A stretch of 64,000 nucleotides of DNA, taken from positions 64,001-128,000 of the forward strand of contig JBMNLZ010000001.1 of assembly GCA_050953065.1 (NCBI GenBank), written 5' to 3'. Below are positions 39,074 to 47,914 of the stretch, in pieces. Made by a program: the position numbers and the translations under genes. The stretch is from Bacilli bacterium (GTDB taxonomy: Bacteria; Bacillota_I; Bacilli_A; ML615J-28; CAG-698). Below the pieces are notes generated by a model. That model searched no databases and was not told where the DNA came from. It saw only the letters and a program-made list of their open reading frames with translations. The stretch's first letter is position 1. Each line of letters begins with the position of its first letter.

Positions 39074-39232
39074 TTTGGTATAAATAGAATTTTAATAATA
39101 AAAAAGGGGACATAAAAAACATTTTAAAAATAATGGTATGTATCTCCTTTTATGGTTCTATTTTTAGTCAAGGATTTTATGATAAATTATAAAAATATAA
39201 TTTATAAAGAACACTTGAGAAAAGGTGATTAT

Positions 39233-40426
39233 ATGAGAAAGATTAATAAAAAAGATGTCAAGCAATTAGGTGCTATTATTAAACACGCACGTTTAAAGAT
39301 GAGATTGACATTAGACAAAATATCAAATGGAAACTGTTGTGTTAGTTATTTAAGCAAAATAGAAAACGGAAAAATTGTACCAGATTTTATAATAACAAGA
39401 AAAATATTTGAAAGATTAGGTTTAGATTTAGATAATACTTTAAGTATGTTTGAAGCAATTAATTTAGAGAAAACCATTAGCAACTTGTTTTATGGTAATA
39501 AAACTGAAATTTCTAAAGCTTATGAAACAGCAAAAGAAGCAACTTTTTCTCCAAAAATATCGTTATTAAAAAGTGTTTATTATTTGCAAAATTTGATGTT
39601 TGATGAATTGCATAACGAACTATTAGAAATTGAAACGGTTGAAAATCGTCTTGAATCATTAGAAAAAGATGTATTCTATTATTTAAGAATAGAAGTTGCA
39701 TTAATTTTAAATAGATTGGAAACTGCATTGATGTTATCTCAAAATTATATATACTTAGATAATACATCTAGCAAATTGAAATATTTAATTGATGAACAAA
39801 AATTTAAATTAAATTATTTTAATAAAGATGATAAAGTTGTAAGTAAAAATTATTATGATTTAATTAGAACTTTCAAAGGCTGGATTCCTGAAAGTAGACA
39901 GTTGTTTAATCGATTAATGATGTTGGAGTTCAAAACAAGTTTTTCAAATGAGTTAATTGATATTAAAAAAGATAATGATTTCGAACAAATTTTAAGTAAC
40001 TTCGGTCCAGATTATTGGTATTTTTATCTAATGAGTCTTAATAATTTAAAATTATATGATGAAGTTATAGATAAAATAGAAAGACTTGATTTTAAATCTG
40101 CAAAAATTTTTGCAGTAAAAGCTATTGCAATATATCATTCAAATAATAAAACATTACTTAAATCTTTTGAAGCAAAAATGAAAGAATATGAATTTAATAA
40201 AGAAGAGTTGGTTCATAAAAATTTTATTTTTTATATAATTCATAAAATGAATAATAAAATGGAAAGACTTTATGAAGAGTTAAAAAGCGATTTATTGGAC
40301 TATTCTTTATTATATTACAATAAATTTTATAATCGCTATTATTATGATGATTATGAAAAGTTTTTATTAAGTACTTCAAAATATAAAGAAGCATCAACTT
40401 TCTTTAAAAAATATATAAAAAGATAA
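39233..40426 (+). CDS. NprR/PlcR-like (RRNPP-type) regulator: XRE HTH plus helical TPR-like domain
   Basis: CCVSYLSKIENGKI resembles the NprR HTH; about 300-aa Tyr/Leu-rich helical C-terminus; ATG 39233 after SD AAAGGTGA. Confidence 0.7.
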   Translation: MRKINKKDVKQLGAIIKHARLKMRLTLDKISNGNCCVSYLSKIENGKIVPDFIITRKIFERLGLDLDNTLSMFEAINLEKTISNLFYGNKTEISKAYETAKEATFSPKISLLKSVYYLQNLMFDELHNELLEIETVENRLESLEKDVFYYLRIEVALILNRLETALMLSQNYIYLDNTSSKLKYLIDEQKFKLNYFNKDDKVVSKNYYDLIRTFKGWIPESRQLFNRLMMLEFKTSFSNELIDIKKDNDFEQILSNFGPDYWYFYLMSLNNLKLYDEVIDKIERLDFKSAKIFAVKAIAIYHSNNKTLLKSFEAKMKEYEFNKEELVHKNFIFYIIHKMNNKMERLYEELKSDLLDYSLLYYNKFYNRYYYDDYEKFLLSTSKYKEASTFFKKYIKR

Positions 40427-40491
40427 TATTTCTAAAATAATAACCTCTTGTAGAAAAAGACTTTTTGTTTTATAATATACAAGAGGTTATT

Positions 40492-41115
40492 ATGAATAAA
40501 ATTACTACTTTCAACAAAATTAATTATCCAGATAAACTTTTAAAAATAAAGGAGCATGCAATAAAAACAAAGGTTCCTATAGTTACTGATGATACACTTA
40601 CTTATTTAATTAAAATTATAAAGTTATTGAATGTTAAGAATGTCTTAGAAATAGGGACTGCAATTGGATATAGTGCTATCAGTTTAGCTTTTAACAGTGA
40701 TGTAAGTATTGACAGTATTGAAAAAAATGAAACAAGTTTTAATATAGCTTTAAAAAATATAAGAGAATGTAATTTAACTGATAAAATTAGAGTTTTTCAT
40801 AATGATGCTTTAGATATAGAATTAAAATCTTTAAACAGTAAATATGATTTAATTTTTATTGATGCTGCTAAGGCTCAAATGAGAAAGTTTTTTGAAAAGT
40901 TCTCTAAGTTATTAAGCCCAAATGGAGTTATAATAATTGATAATTTAAATTTTCACGGTTTGGTATATGGTGAAGAACCGATTAAAAGTAAAGACTTAAA
41001 AAGTTTAGTGAGGAAAATAGCTGAATTTAATTTATGGTTATCACAAAATGAAGATTTTGAAACTTATTTTTTTTCAATAGGTGATGGTTTAGCTATTAGT
41101 AAAAGGAAAAAATGA
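40492..41115 (+). CDS. trmR: tRNA 5-hydroxyuridine O-methyltransferase (YrrM/TrmR-like)
   Basis: LEIGTAIGYS, FIDAAK, IIDN; synteny with the U32 genes. Confidence 0.8.
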   Translation: MNKITTFNKINYPDKLLKIKEHAIKTKVPIVTDDTLTYLIKIIKLLNVKNVLEIGTAIGYSAISLAFNSDVSIDSIEKNETSFNIALKNIRECNLTDKIRVFHNDALDIELKSLNSKYDLIFIDAAKAQMRKFFEKFSKLLSPNGVIIIDNLNFHGLVYGEEPIKSKDLKSLVRKIAEFNLWLSQNEDFETYFFSIGDGLAISKRKK

Positions 41116-41993
41116 AGAAGTTAATTGTTGATATATTAGGAACTGAAAAACTTTCAAATTATAAAGTCGATGGAATGGTCATTAATTCAATCGACTATTC
41201 TATTTTTTCAAATACCAAATTTAATTATAATGATATTGTAAAGATTAATGAATATTGTAAAGCAAATAAAATTTTATCAATAGTTTCAATAGATAAAATT
41301 TTGTCTGAAAGTGACTTGAATAAAGTAACTGAATTTATTGATTTGTTAGAGAAAATAAATATAGATTATTATATTTTTAGTGATTTAGCTATAATTGATA
41401 TTTCTAGAAAGAAAAACATTTTAAATAAATTAATTTATAAACCTAATACATTAATCACGAATCATATGGATGCTGAATTTATCAATAGATTAGGAATTAG
41501 TTTTTTTGTTTCAAACGAAATTGCTTTTGAAGATATTAAATTGATATCTGAAAAAAGTGGCTTTTGCATTGAAATATATGGATATCATCCAATCTTTTAT
41601 TCTAAAAGAAAGAGTTTGCGCAACTTTAGTGAGCATCTTATTAATATTAATATTCAAAAAGAGTCAAAATATTTAAAAGAAGAACTAAGGGATGAACTAT
41701 ACCCTATATATGAAGATGAAGATATTTCTTTAGTTTTTTCACCCAAAAGGATTGCCTTAACAAAAGAGTTAAAAGAACTAGTAAATGTAAAGTTTTTAAA
41801 AATTAATGGTGATTTTATATCAGAAAAAGATTTGTTTAAAGTAATAAATGCTTATAATGTTTTTTTAAATTCAAAGATTTCTAGTGTAGAATTATATGAT
41901 TTTTTATATAAAATTGATACAAATATTGATAATCAATTTTTATATAAAAAAACACAATTGCTACAATTAGGTGAAAATGATGAAAAAGATTGA
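41112..41993 (+). CDS. U32-family protein (YrrN-like), tRNA hydroxylation
   Basis: Position between trmR and the YrrO-like gene; YKPNTLITN, IFYSKR motifs. Confidence 0.7.
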   Translation: MKKLIVDILGTEKLSNYKVDGMVINSIDYSIFSNTKFNYNDIVKINEYCKANKILSIVSIDKILSESDLNKVTEFIDLLEKINIDYYIFSDLAIIDISRKKNILNKLIYKPNTLITNHMDAEFINRLGISFFVSNEIAFEDIKLISEKSGFCIEIYGYHPIFYSKRKSLRNFSEHLININIQKESKYLKEELRDELYPIYEDEDISLVFSPKRIALTKELKELVNVKFLKINGDFISEKDLFKVINAYNVFLNSKISSVELYDFLYKIDTNIDNQFLYKKTQLLQLGENDEKD

Positions 41994-43191
41994 ATTGTTA
42001 GCACCAGCTGGTGATTTAGAAAAGTTAAAATATGCTGTTTTATATGGTGCTGATGCTGTATATATAGGTGGCAAAAGTTTTAGTTTAAGAGCAAGAGCTA
42101 GTAACTTTACTATAGCAGACATAGAAGAAGCATGTAAGTTTGCTCATGCTAGAAATGTTAAAGTTTATGTAACGATGAATATTGTTCCGCATAATGAAGA
42201 TCTAGATGTGCTAGAGAACTATTTGAAAGAATTAATACGTATAAAAATAGATGCTGTAATAGTATCTAGTTTAGCTGTAATGAATTTGATAAAGAATAAA
42301 TTTCCAAAATTAGAAGTTCATGCAAGTACACAATTGTCAATATCTAATTCTAAAGCAATTAAAGTGTTAAAAAGTTTAAATGTTAAAAGGGTAGTTTTAG
42401 CAAGAGAATTATCACTTAGCGAAATTAAAAAAATTAGTTCAGTATCTGACTTAGATTTAGAAGTTTTTATACATGGGGGTATGTGTACAAGTTATTCCGG
42501 TAGATGTATGTTGAGTAATTATATGACTTATAGAGATGCTAATCGTGGTGGCTGTGCCCATAGTTGTAGGTGGAACTATCAACTATATGATGAAAAAAAA
42601 GATTTAATAATAGAAGATATTTATAATATGGGGTCTAAAGATTTACAGGCTATTAAATATATAAAACAATTAATTGAATGCAACATTGCTTCTTTAAAAA
42701 TAGAAGGAAGAATGAAGTCATTATATTATATTGCTACTGTTGTCAAAAATTATAGAATTCTAATTGATAAGTATTATAAAAATGGTGATATAACTATAGA
42801 GGATGAAAATCTATGTGCTCAAGAAATATCAAAAGCAGAGAATAGAGAATTGTCATTTGGTTTTTTTGAAGGTGATGTTAAGCAAGAAGGACAATTGTTG
42901 GGGGTAAGATCAGAAATTCCTACTAAGGAGTTTGTAGGAATAGTCTTAGATTATGATAAAAAAACGAATGTTGTAACTGTTGAACAAAGAAATTATTTTA
43001 AAATTGATGATGAAATAGAATTTTTTGGTCCTAAAATGGATAATCAAAAATTTAGAGTAAAAGAAATTTATGATGAAGATGGTAATGTGTTAGATGCAGC
43101 TAGGCATCCTAGGCAAATAGTTAAATTTAAGACTAATATTGCAGTATCTAAATATGATTTAATTAGAAAAGTATTTTTTAGTGAAATATAA
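41977..43191 (+). CDS. U32-family tRNA hydroxylation protein (YrrO-like)
   Basis: ELLAPAG, HASTQ, LAREL, HGGMCTSYSGRC, NRGGCAHSCRW, KIEGRMK. Confidence 0.9.
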   Translation: MMKKIELLAPAGDLEKLKYAVLYGADAVYIGGKSFSLRARASNFTIADIEEACKFAHARNVKVYVTMNIVPHNEDLDVLENYLKELIRIKIDAVIVSSLAVMNLIKNKFPKLEVHASTQLSISNSKAIKVLKSLNVKRVVLARELSLSEIKKISSVSDLDLEVFIHGGMCTSYSGRCMLSNYMTYRDANRGGCAHSCRWNYQLYDEKKDLIIEDIYNMGSKDLQAIKYIKQLIECNIASLKIEGRMKSLYYIATVVKNYRILIDKYYKNGDITIEDENLCAQEISKAENRELSFGFFEGDVKQEGQLLGVRSEIPTKEFVGIVLDYDKKTNVVTVEQRNYFKIDDEIEFFGPKMDNQKFRVKEIYDEDGNVLDAARHPRQIVKFKTNIAVSKYDLIRKVFFSEI

Positions 43192-43293
43192 TAAAGAAAA
43201 TTAACTGTTGTATTTTTTTAAATATTTGCTATAATGATAACAGTTATATATTTACAATTGAAAGGAGTGCAATATAAATATTGCAGGAAAACT

Positions 43294-43773
43294 ATGAATA
43301 AAGAATATCAATTAACTCCAAATGGGTTAGAAGAATTAAAAAAAGAACTTGAAAAACTTGTTAATGAAGATAAGCCTAAGATAATTGAACAAATTAAAGA
43401 GGCAAGAGCACAAGGTGATTTAAGTGAAAATGCGGATTATGATGCAGCAAGGGATGAGCAAGCAAGAGTTGAAATGAGAATAAATGAACTTGAAAAAATA
43501 ATCCAAAATGCTGTAATTATAAAAAAATCTGATAAAAGCAAATTTGGAAGTAACTTTGGTAAAAAAGTGGTTGTAATCTTTGATGATAGTGGAGAAGAAG
43601 AAGTTTTTGAAATAGTAGGTAGTTTAGAAACAAATCCGCTTGAGGGGAAAATCTCTAATGAATCTCCATTAGGGATGGCAATCTTAAATAAAGAAGAAGG
43701 CGACGAAGTTATTTTAAAAACTGAAACTGAAAATGAGCACAAAATAAAAATAATAAAAATATTAGATAGGTAA
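43294..43773 (+). CDS. greA: Transcription elongation factor GreA
   Basis: ARAQGDLSENADYDAA, ISNESPLG. Confidence 0.97.
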   Translation: MNKEYQLTPNGLEELKKELEKLVNEDKPKIIEQIKEARAQGDLSENADYDAARDEQARVEMRINELEKIIQNAVIIKKSDKSKFGSNFGKKVVVIFDDSGEEEVFEIVGSLETNPLEGKISNESPLGMAILNKEEGDEVILKTETENEHKIKIIKILDR

Positions 43774-43783
43774 GGTGGTAGTT

Positions 43784-45154
43784 ATGAAATTTATTCCAAA
43801 ATATGATCCTAGTTTTAAACCGTTAATTTTTGAATTAAGAAATTTTATGGAAAAAGTAGCTAAAAGTCCAGACAAAACTAAGTTAGTAATTTGTTTGGAA
43901 AGAAATGATGGCTATAATTATATTTATGAAATTGATGTTTTTTCAGAAAAAAGTGGAAATGATGAATTAAATATCGCAATTGTTGATAGAATAGTTAAAA
44001 GTTTATTATGGGTTGTAGGAGGATATAAAATTTATGTAGCTGGCTCTAAATCTATTTTTAAATATTTGAAACAAGCTTATTCTGATAAAGGGTCAAGAAA
44101 ATTTGATTCAAAATTTATGTCTAGGGTTTATGAAAATAATTTTGAAGTAGTTTATGTTGAATATAATAATATACCTAAGGCGAAAACTGAAATTATTCCT
44201 TTTGAAAAAAATTTGAATGGATGTAGAATTGGTTTTGATGCTGGAGGAAGTGACCGTAAAGTATCTGCAGTTGTAGATGGTGAAGTTATTTTCAGCAATG
44301 AGACCGTTTGGTTACCAAAGTTAAATGAAGACCCTGAATATCATTATAAAGGAATTCTTGAGTCAATGAAACTAGCTGCTAGTTATATGCCTCAAGTTGA
44401 TGCCATTGGAGTTAGTTCAGCTGGTATTTATATTAATAATAAAGTAATGGTTGCTTCTTTATTTGTTAAAGTCCCAGACGATGTTTTTGATAAAAAAGCT
44501 AAAAATATCTATATAGATGTAGCAAAAGAATTTGGAGATGTTCCTTTAAAAGTTGCTAATGATGGTGATGTAAGTGCGCTTGCAGGAGCTATGCAACTAG
44601 ATTCAGGTAACGTATTGGGAATTGCTATGGGAACAAGTGAAGCAGTAGGATATGTTAATGAAAAAATGGAACTTAAAGGATGGCTAAATGAGCTTGCTTT
44701 TGTACCAGTTGACTTTAATAAAGAAAGCATGGTAGATGAGTGGAGTGGAGATTACGGTTGTGGTGTTAAATACTTTTCACAAGATGGTGTTCTTAAACTA
44801 GCTAAGAATGCTGGAATTGAAATTGATGACAACCTATCTTTGGCTGAAAAATTAAAGTTTGTTCAAAAACTTATGGAAAAAGATGATGAACGAGTTATAA
44901 ACATCTTCACTGATATAGGTATCTATTTAGGTTATACTCTACCTTATTATGCTCATTTTTATAATATTAAACATGTTATGTTATTAGGAAGAGTTGTTAG
45001 TGGAAAAGGTGGAGATCTTCTAATGGCTACAGCTAAAAAAGTTTTAGTTGAAGAATTCCCTGAATATGCTGATATTAATTTAACTATGCCAGATGAATAT
45101 ACAAGAAGAGTTGGACAATCAATCGCTGCTGCAAGTTTACCAAGGAGCAAATAA
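43784..45154 (+). CDS. ROK-family protein with long N-terminal extension
   Basis: GFDAGGSDRK, ANDGDVSALAG, AMGTSEAVG, LNELAF. Confidence 0.75.
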   Translation: MKFIPKYDPSFKPLIFELRNFMEKVAKSPDKTKLVICLERNDGYNYIYEIDVFSEKSGNDELNIAIVDRIVKSLLWVVGGYKIYVAGSKSIFKYLKQAYSDKGSRKFDSKFMSRVYENNFEVVYVEYNNIPKAKTEIIPFEKNLNGCRIGFDAGGSDRKVSAVVDGEVIFSNETVWLPKLNEDPEYHYKGILESMKLAASYMPQVDAIGVSSAGIYINNKVMVASLFVKVPDDVFDKKAKNIYIDVAKEFGDVPLKVANDGDVSALAGAMQLDSGNVLGIAMGTSEAVGYVNEKMELKGWLNELAFVPVDFNKESMVDEWSGDYGCGVKYFSQDGVLKLAKNAGIEIDDNLSLAEKLKFVQKLMEKDDERVINIFTDIGIYLGYTLPYYAHFYNIKHVMLLGRVVSGKGGDLLMATAKKVLVEEFPEYADINLTMPDEYTRRVGQSIAAASLPRSK

Positions 45155-46158
45155 TGTCTATTATTATTCCCAAAGAATATATATCAAAACTTGATTTAAT
45201 TGACACTGAAAAAGCTATTAAATTAGCAAAAGATACTTTTGAAAAAAAGCTTGCCGATCATTTAAGTTTAATAAGAGTATCTGCACCGCTTTTTGTATTG
45301 TCTGATAGTGGGTTAAATGATAACTTGAACGGTCATGAAAGACCTGTTTGCTTTGACATTAAAGAAAGCGGAAAAAATGCTGAAATAGTACATTCTCTTG
45401 CAAAATGGAAAAGAAAAGCTCTTGGAAAATACAAGTTTGAAGTTGGTGCTGGTTTATATACTGATATGAATGCTATTAGAAGGGATGAAGAAACTGATAA
45501 TTTGCATTCTTTGTATGTTGATCAGTGGGATTGGGAAAAAATAATTACTAAAAAAGAAAGAAATCTAGATTTCTTAAAAAATATAGTTTGTAAGATTAAT
45601 TTAGCGTTAATTGAAACAAAAGACATAATTAATCAAACTTTTAAAACGTTAAATTTAAGTTTAAATAATGAAGTTTTTTTCATCACTGCTGAAGAGTTGT
45701 TATTATTGTATCCTGATGCTTCTCCAAAAGAAAGAGAAAATTTGATATGTAAAGAGAAGAAAAATGTTTTTATTATAGGAATTGGTGATGCATTATCAAA
45801 TGGAGAAAAACATGATGGTAGGGCCCCTGATTATGATGATTGGGAGTTAAATGGTGATTTCTTATTATGGTATGAACCACTTAATTGTGCCATTGAAATA
45901 TCGTCAATGGGAATTAGAGTAGATAGACATTCTTTATTATACCAATTAGAAAAATCTAATAATACTTCAAGATTAAAGTTTGAGTATCATCAAAAAATTG
46001 TTAATGATGAATTGCCTTTAACAATTGGTGGTGGAATTGGCCAATCTAGAATATGCATGATAATGCTTGAAAAAATCCATATTGGAGAGGTTCAAGTTTC
46101 AATTTGGAATGAAGATGATTTAAAAACAGCAAATAAAAATAATATTAATATTTTATAA
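45154..46158 (+). CDS. asnA: Aspartate--ammonia ligase
   Basis: HSLAKWKR, VDQWDWE, HDGRAPDYDDW, TIGGGIGQSR. Confidence 0.97.
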   Translation: MSIIIPKEYISKLDLIDTEKAIKLAKDTFEKKLADHLSLIRVSAPLFVLSDSGLNDNLNGHERPVCFDIKESGKNAEIVHSLAKWKRKALGKYKFEVGAGLYTDMNAIRRDEETDNLHSLYVDQWDWEKIITKKERNLDFLKNIVCKINLALIETKDIINQTFKTLNLSLNNEVFFITAEELLLLYPDASPKERENLICKEKKNVFIIGIGDALSNGEKHDGRAPDYDDWELNGDFLLWYEPLNCAIEISSMGIRVDRHSLLYQLEKSNNTSRLKFEYHQKIVNDELPLTIGGGIGQSRICMIMLEKIHIGEVQVSIWNEDDLKTANKNNINIL

Positions 46159-46178
46159 AACGCAGGAAACTGCGTTTT
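46157..46178 (+). terminator. Intrinsic terminator
   Basis: AAAACGCAG-GAAA-CTGCGTTTT. Confidence 0.85.
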
Positions 46179-46259
46179 ATTTTTATATTCAATAATTGTT
46201 ATTTTTATTTAGACATAGATGGAATTTTTTGGTATAATATAATAGTTAATGGAGGCTAT

Positions 46260-46817
46260 ATGTTTTTCAGTTTTGTAAATTTTATTCCAAATGATTGTTA
46301 TGAAAATGTTTTTCAAATTGATTATAACAAATTATATAAAAGTGGAAAAAGGGTTATATTAATGGATCTTGATAATACACTTATTCCTTATGATATATTC
46401 AATATGAATGAAAAAATAGAAGCGTTATTTGAAGAAATCAAATCCATTGGATTTAAACTTATACTAATTTCAAATAACTCAAAAAAAAGAATGGAAACTT
46501 TTTTAAATGGATATGAACTTCCCTTTATATATAAAGCGACAAAACCATTTAAAAGAGGTTTCAAAAAGGCTCTAAAAATATGCAATGTGGGGGATAAAAG
46601 AGAAATTGTTGTAATCGGCGATCAATTAATGACGGATGTTTGGGGGGCAAAAAGATTAAAATTAGATGCTATTCTTGTAAAACCCATTAAAAAGTCTACA
46701 GAAAAATGGTACACTAGAGTATTAAGATTTTTTGAGAGAAAAGCTTTATTAAAAATTAAAAAAAATGATAATGAAACATATTTAAAAATTGTTTCAGTGA
46801 TTGGTGAGCCAAAGTAA
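46260..46817 (+). CDS. yqeG: YqeG-family HAD IIIA phosphatase
   Basis: DLDNTL, ISNN, KP, IGDQLMTDV. Confidence 0.92.
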   Translation: MFFSFVNFIPNDCYENVFQIDYNKLYKSGKRVILMDLDNTLIPYDIFNMNEKIEALFEEIKSIGFKLILISNNSKKRMETFLNGYELPFIYKATKPFKRGFKKALKICNVGDKREIVVIGDQLMTDVWGAKRLKLDAILVKPIKKSTEKWYTRVLRFFERKALLKIKKNDNETYLKIVSVIGEPK

Positions 46818-47914
46818 TGAGATGCGCTGGCTGTGGAGTAGAACTTCAGTTTTTATCAGAAAACGAAATTGGATTTATTAATATATCAAATTATAATGCT
46901 TTAGTCGATCAAAAAAAAGATATATTTTGTAAAAGGTGTTTTAATATAAAATATTATAATAAAGACATTTTGTTTCATACAAACATTGAGAATAAAAACT
47001 ACGATTTTAATCATTTTAATTGTCAAAGAAATATTCTGCTATATGTAGTTGATGCTTTATACTTTGACTTTTATATTCCTGAATTAATCTCGATTAGTAA
47101 AAAAAGTAAAATCAAATTGATTATAATAATAAATAAATTTGATTTACTTAAAAATTATAATACAGACAATCGCTTCAAAACTTATTATTTTAAACAAATT
47201 AATCAAAATATGATAAAGGTTGAAAAAATATTTTGTGTTTCTGCTCTTAAAAGAAATACGTTATCTGAATTAATTCAATATTTAAATGAATTACCACCTT
47301 TAACATTTTTTAATGTTGTTGGGCCTAGCAATTCAGGTAAAACTGAACTTATTAATTCGATATATAATAGTATAACTTCTAAAGAAACGCTTTTAATTAG
47401 TAGCCCTTTTTTCAAAACTACTATAAATCCTACTATTATAACGTTGCCAAATCATTCAAAATTAGTTGATTTTTTTGGCTTTACTAGATCTGATGATCTA
47501 AGATATTATTTTAATATAGATAATTTAGTAAAAATTGATATTAAAAAACCAGAAAAACTGATAAGCTATCAATTACGTAATGGACAAAGTATGTTAATTG
47601 AAAATATTGTAAGATTTGATTTTTTTGGTAAGGATGTAATTTCGTTTATAACTAATTGTAATGCTAATTTAACAATTCATAAGTCTAATGTAAACAAGAA
47701 AAGTAATGAGCTAAGTAAATTATTCAACTTGCCAAAAGCAGTAGAAGATAGGCTTTTGGGAGAAAAAACTTATCTAGCATATGAATTTCAAAGTGAAAAA
47801 GCTTATGATATATTAATATTCGGGTTAGGGATTTATAGAGTTATGAATTGTTCTAAAATTTCTTTAGAAATAAGTTCGAAAATCAATGTATTTATAAGAG
47901 AGTCTATATTATGA
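46817..47914 (+). CDS. yqeH: YqeH-like circularly permuted GTPase (highly divergent)
   Basis: CAGCG...CKRC zinc finger, NKFD, GPSNSGKT, DFFG; follows yqeG. Confidence 0.8.
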   Translation: MRCAGCGVELQFLSENEIGFINISNYNALVDQKKDIFCKRCFNIKYYNKDILFHTNIENKNYDFNHFNCQRNILLYVVDALYFDFYIPELISISKKSKIKLIIIINKFDLLKNYNTDNRFKTYYFKQINQNMIKVEKIFCVSALKRNTLSELIQYLNELPPLTFFNVVGPSNSGKTELINSIYNSITSKETLLISSPFFKTTINPTIITLPNHSKLVDFFGFTRSDDLRYYFNIDNLVKIDIKKPEKLISYQLRNGQSMLIENIVRFDFFGKDVISFITNCNANLTIHKSNVNKKSNELSKLFNLPKAVEDRLLGEKTYLAYEFQSEKAYDILIFGLGIYRVMNCSKISLEISSKINVFIRESIL

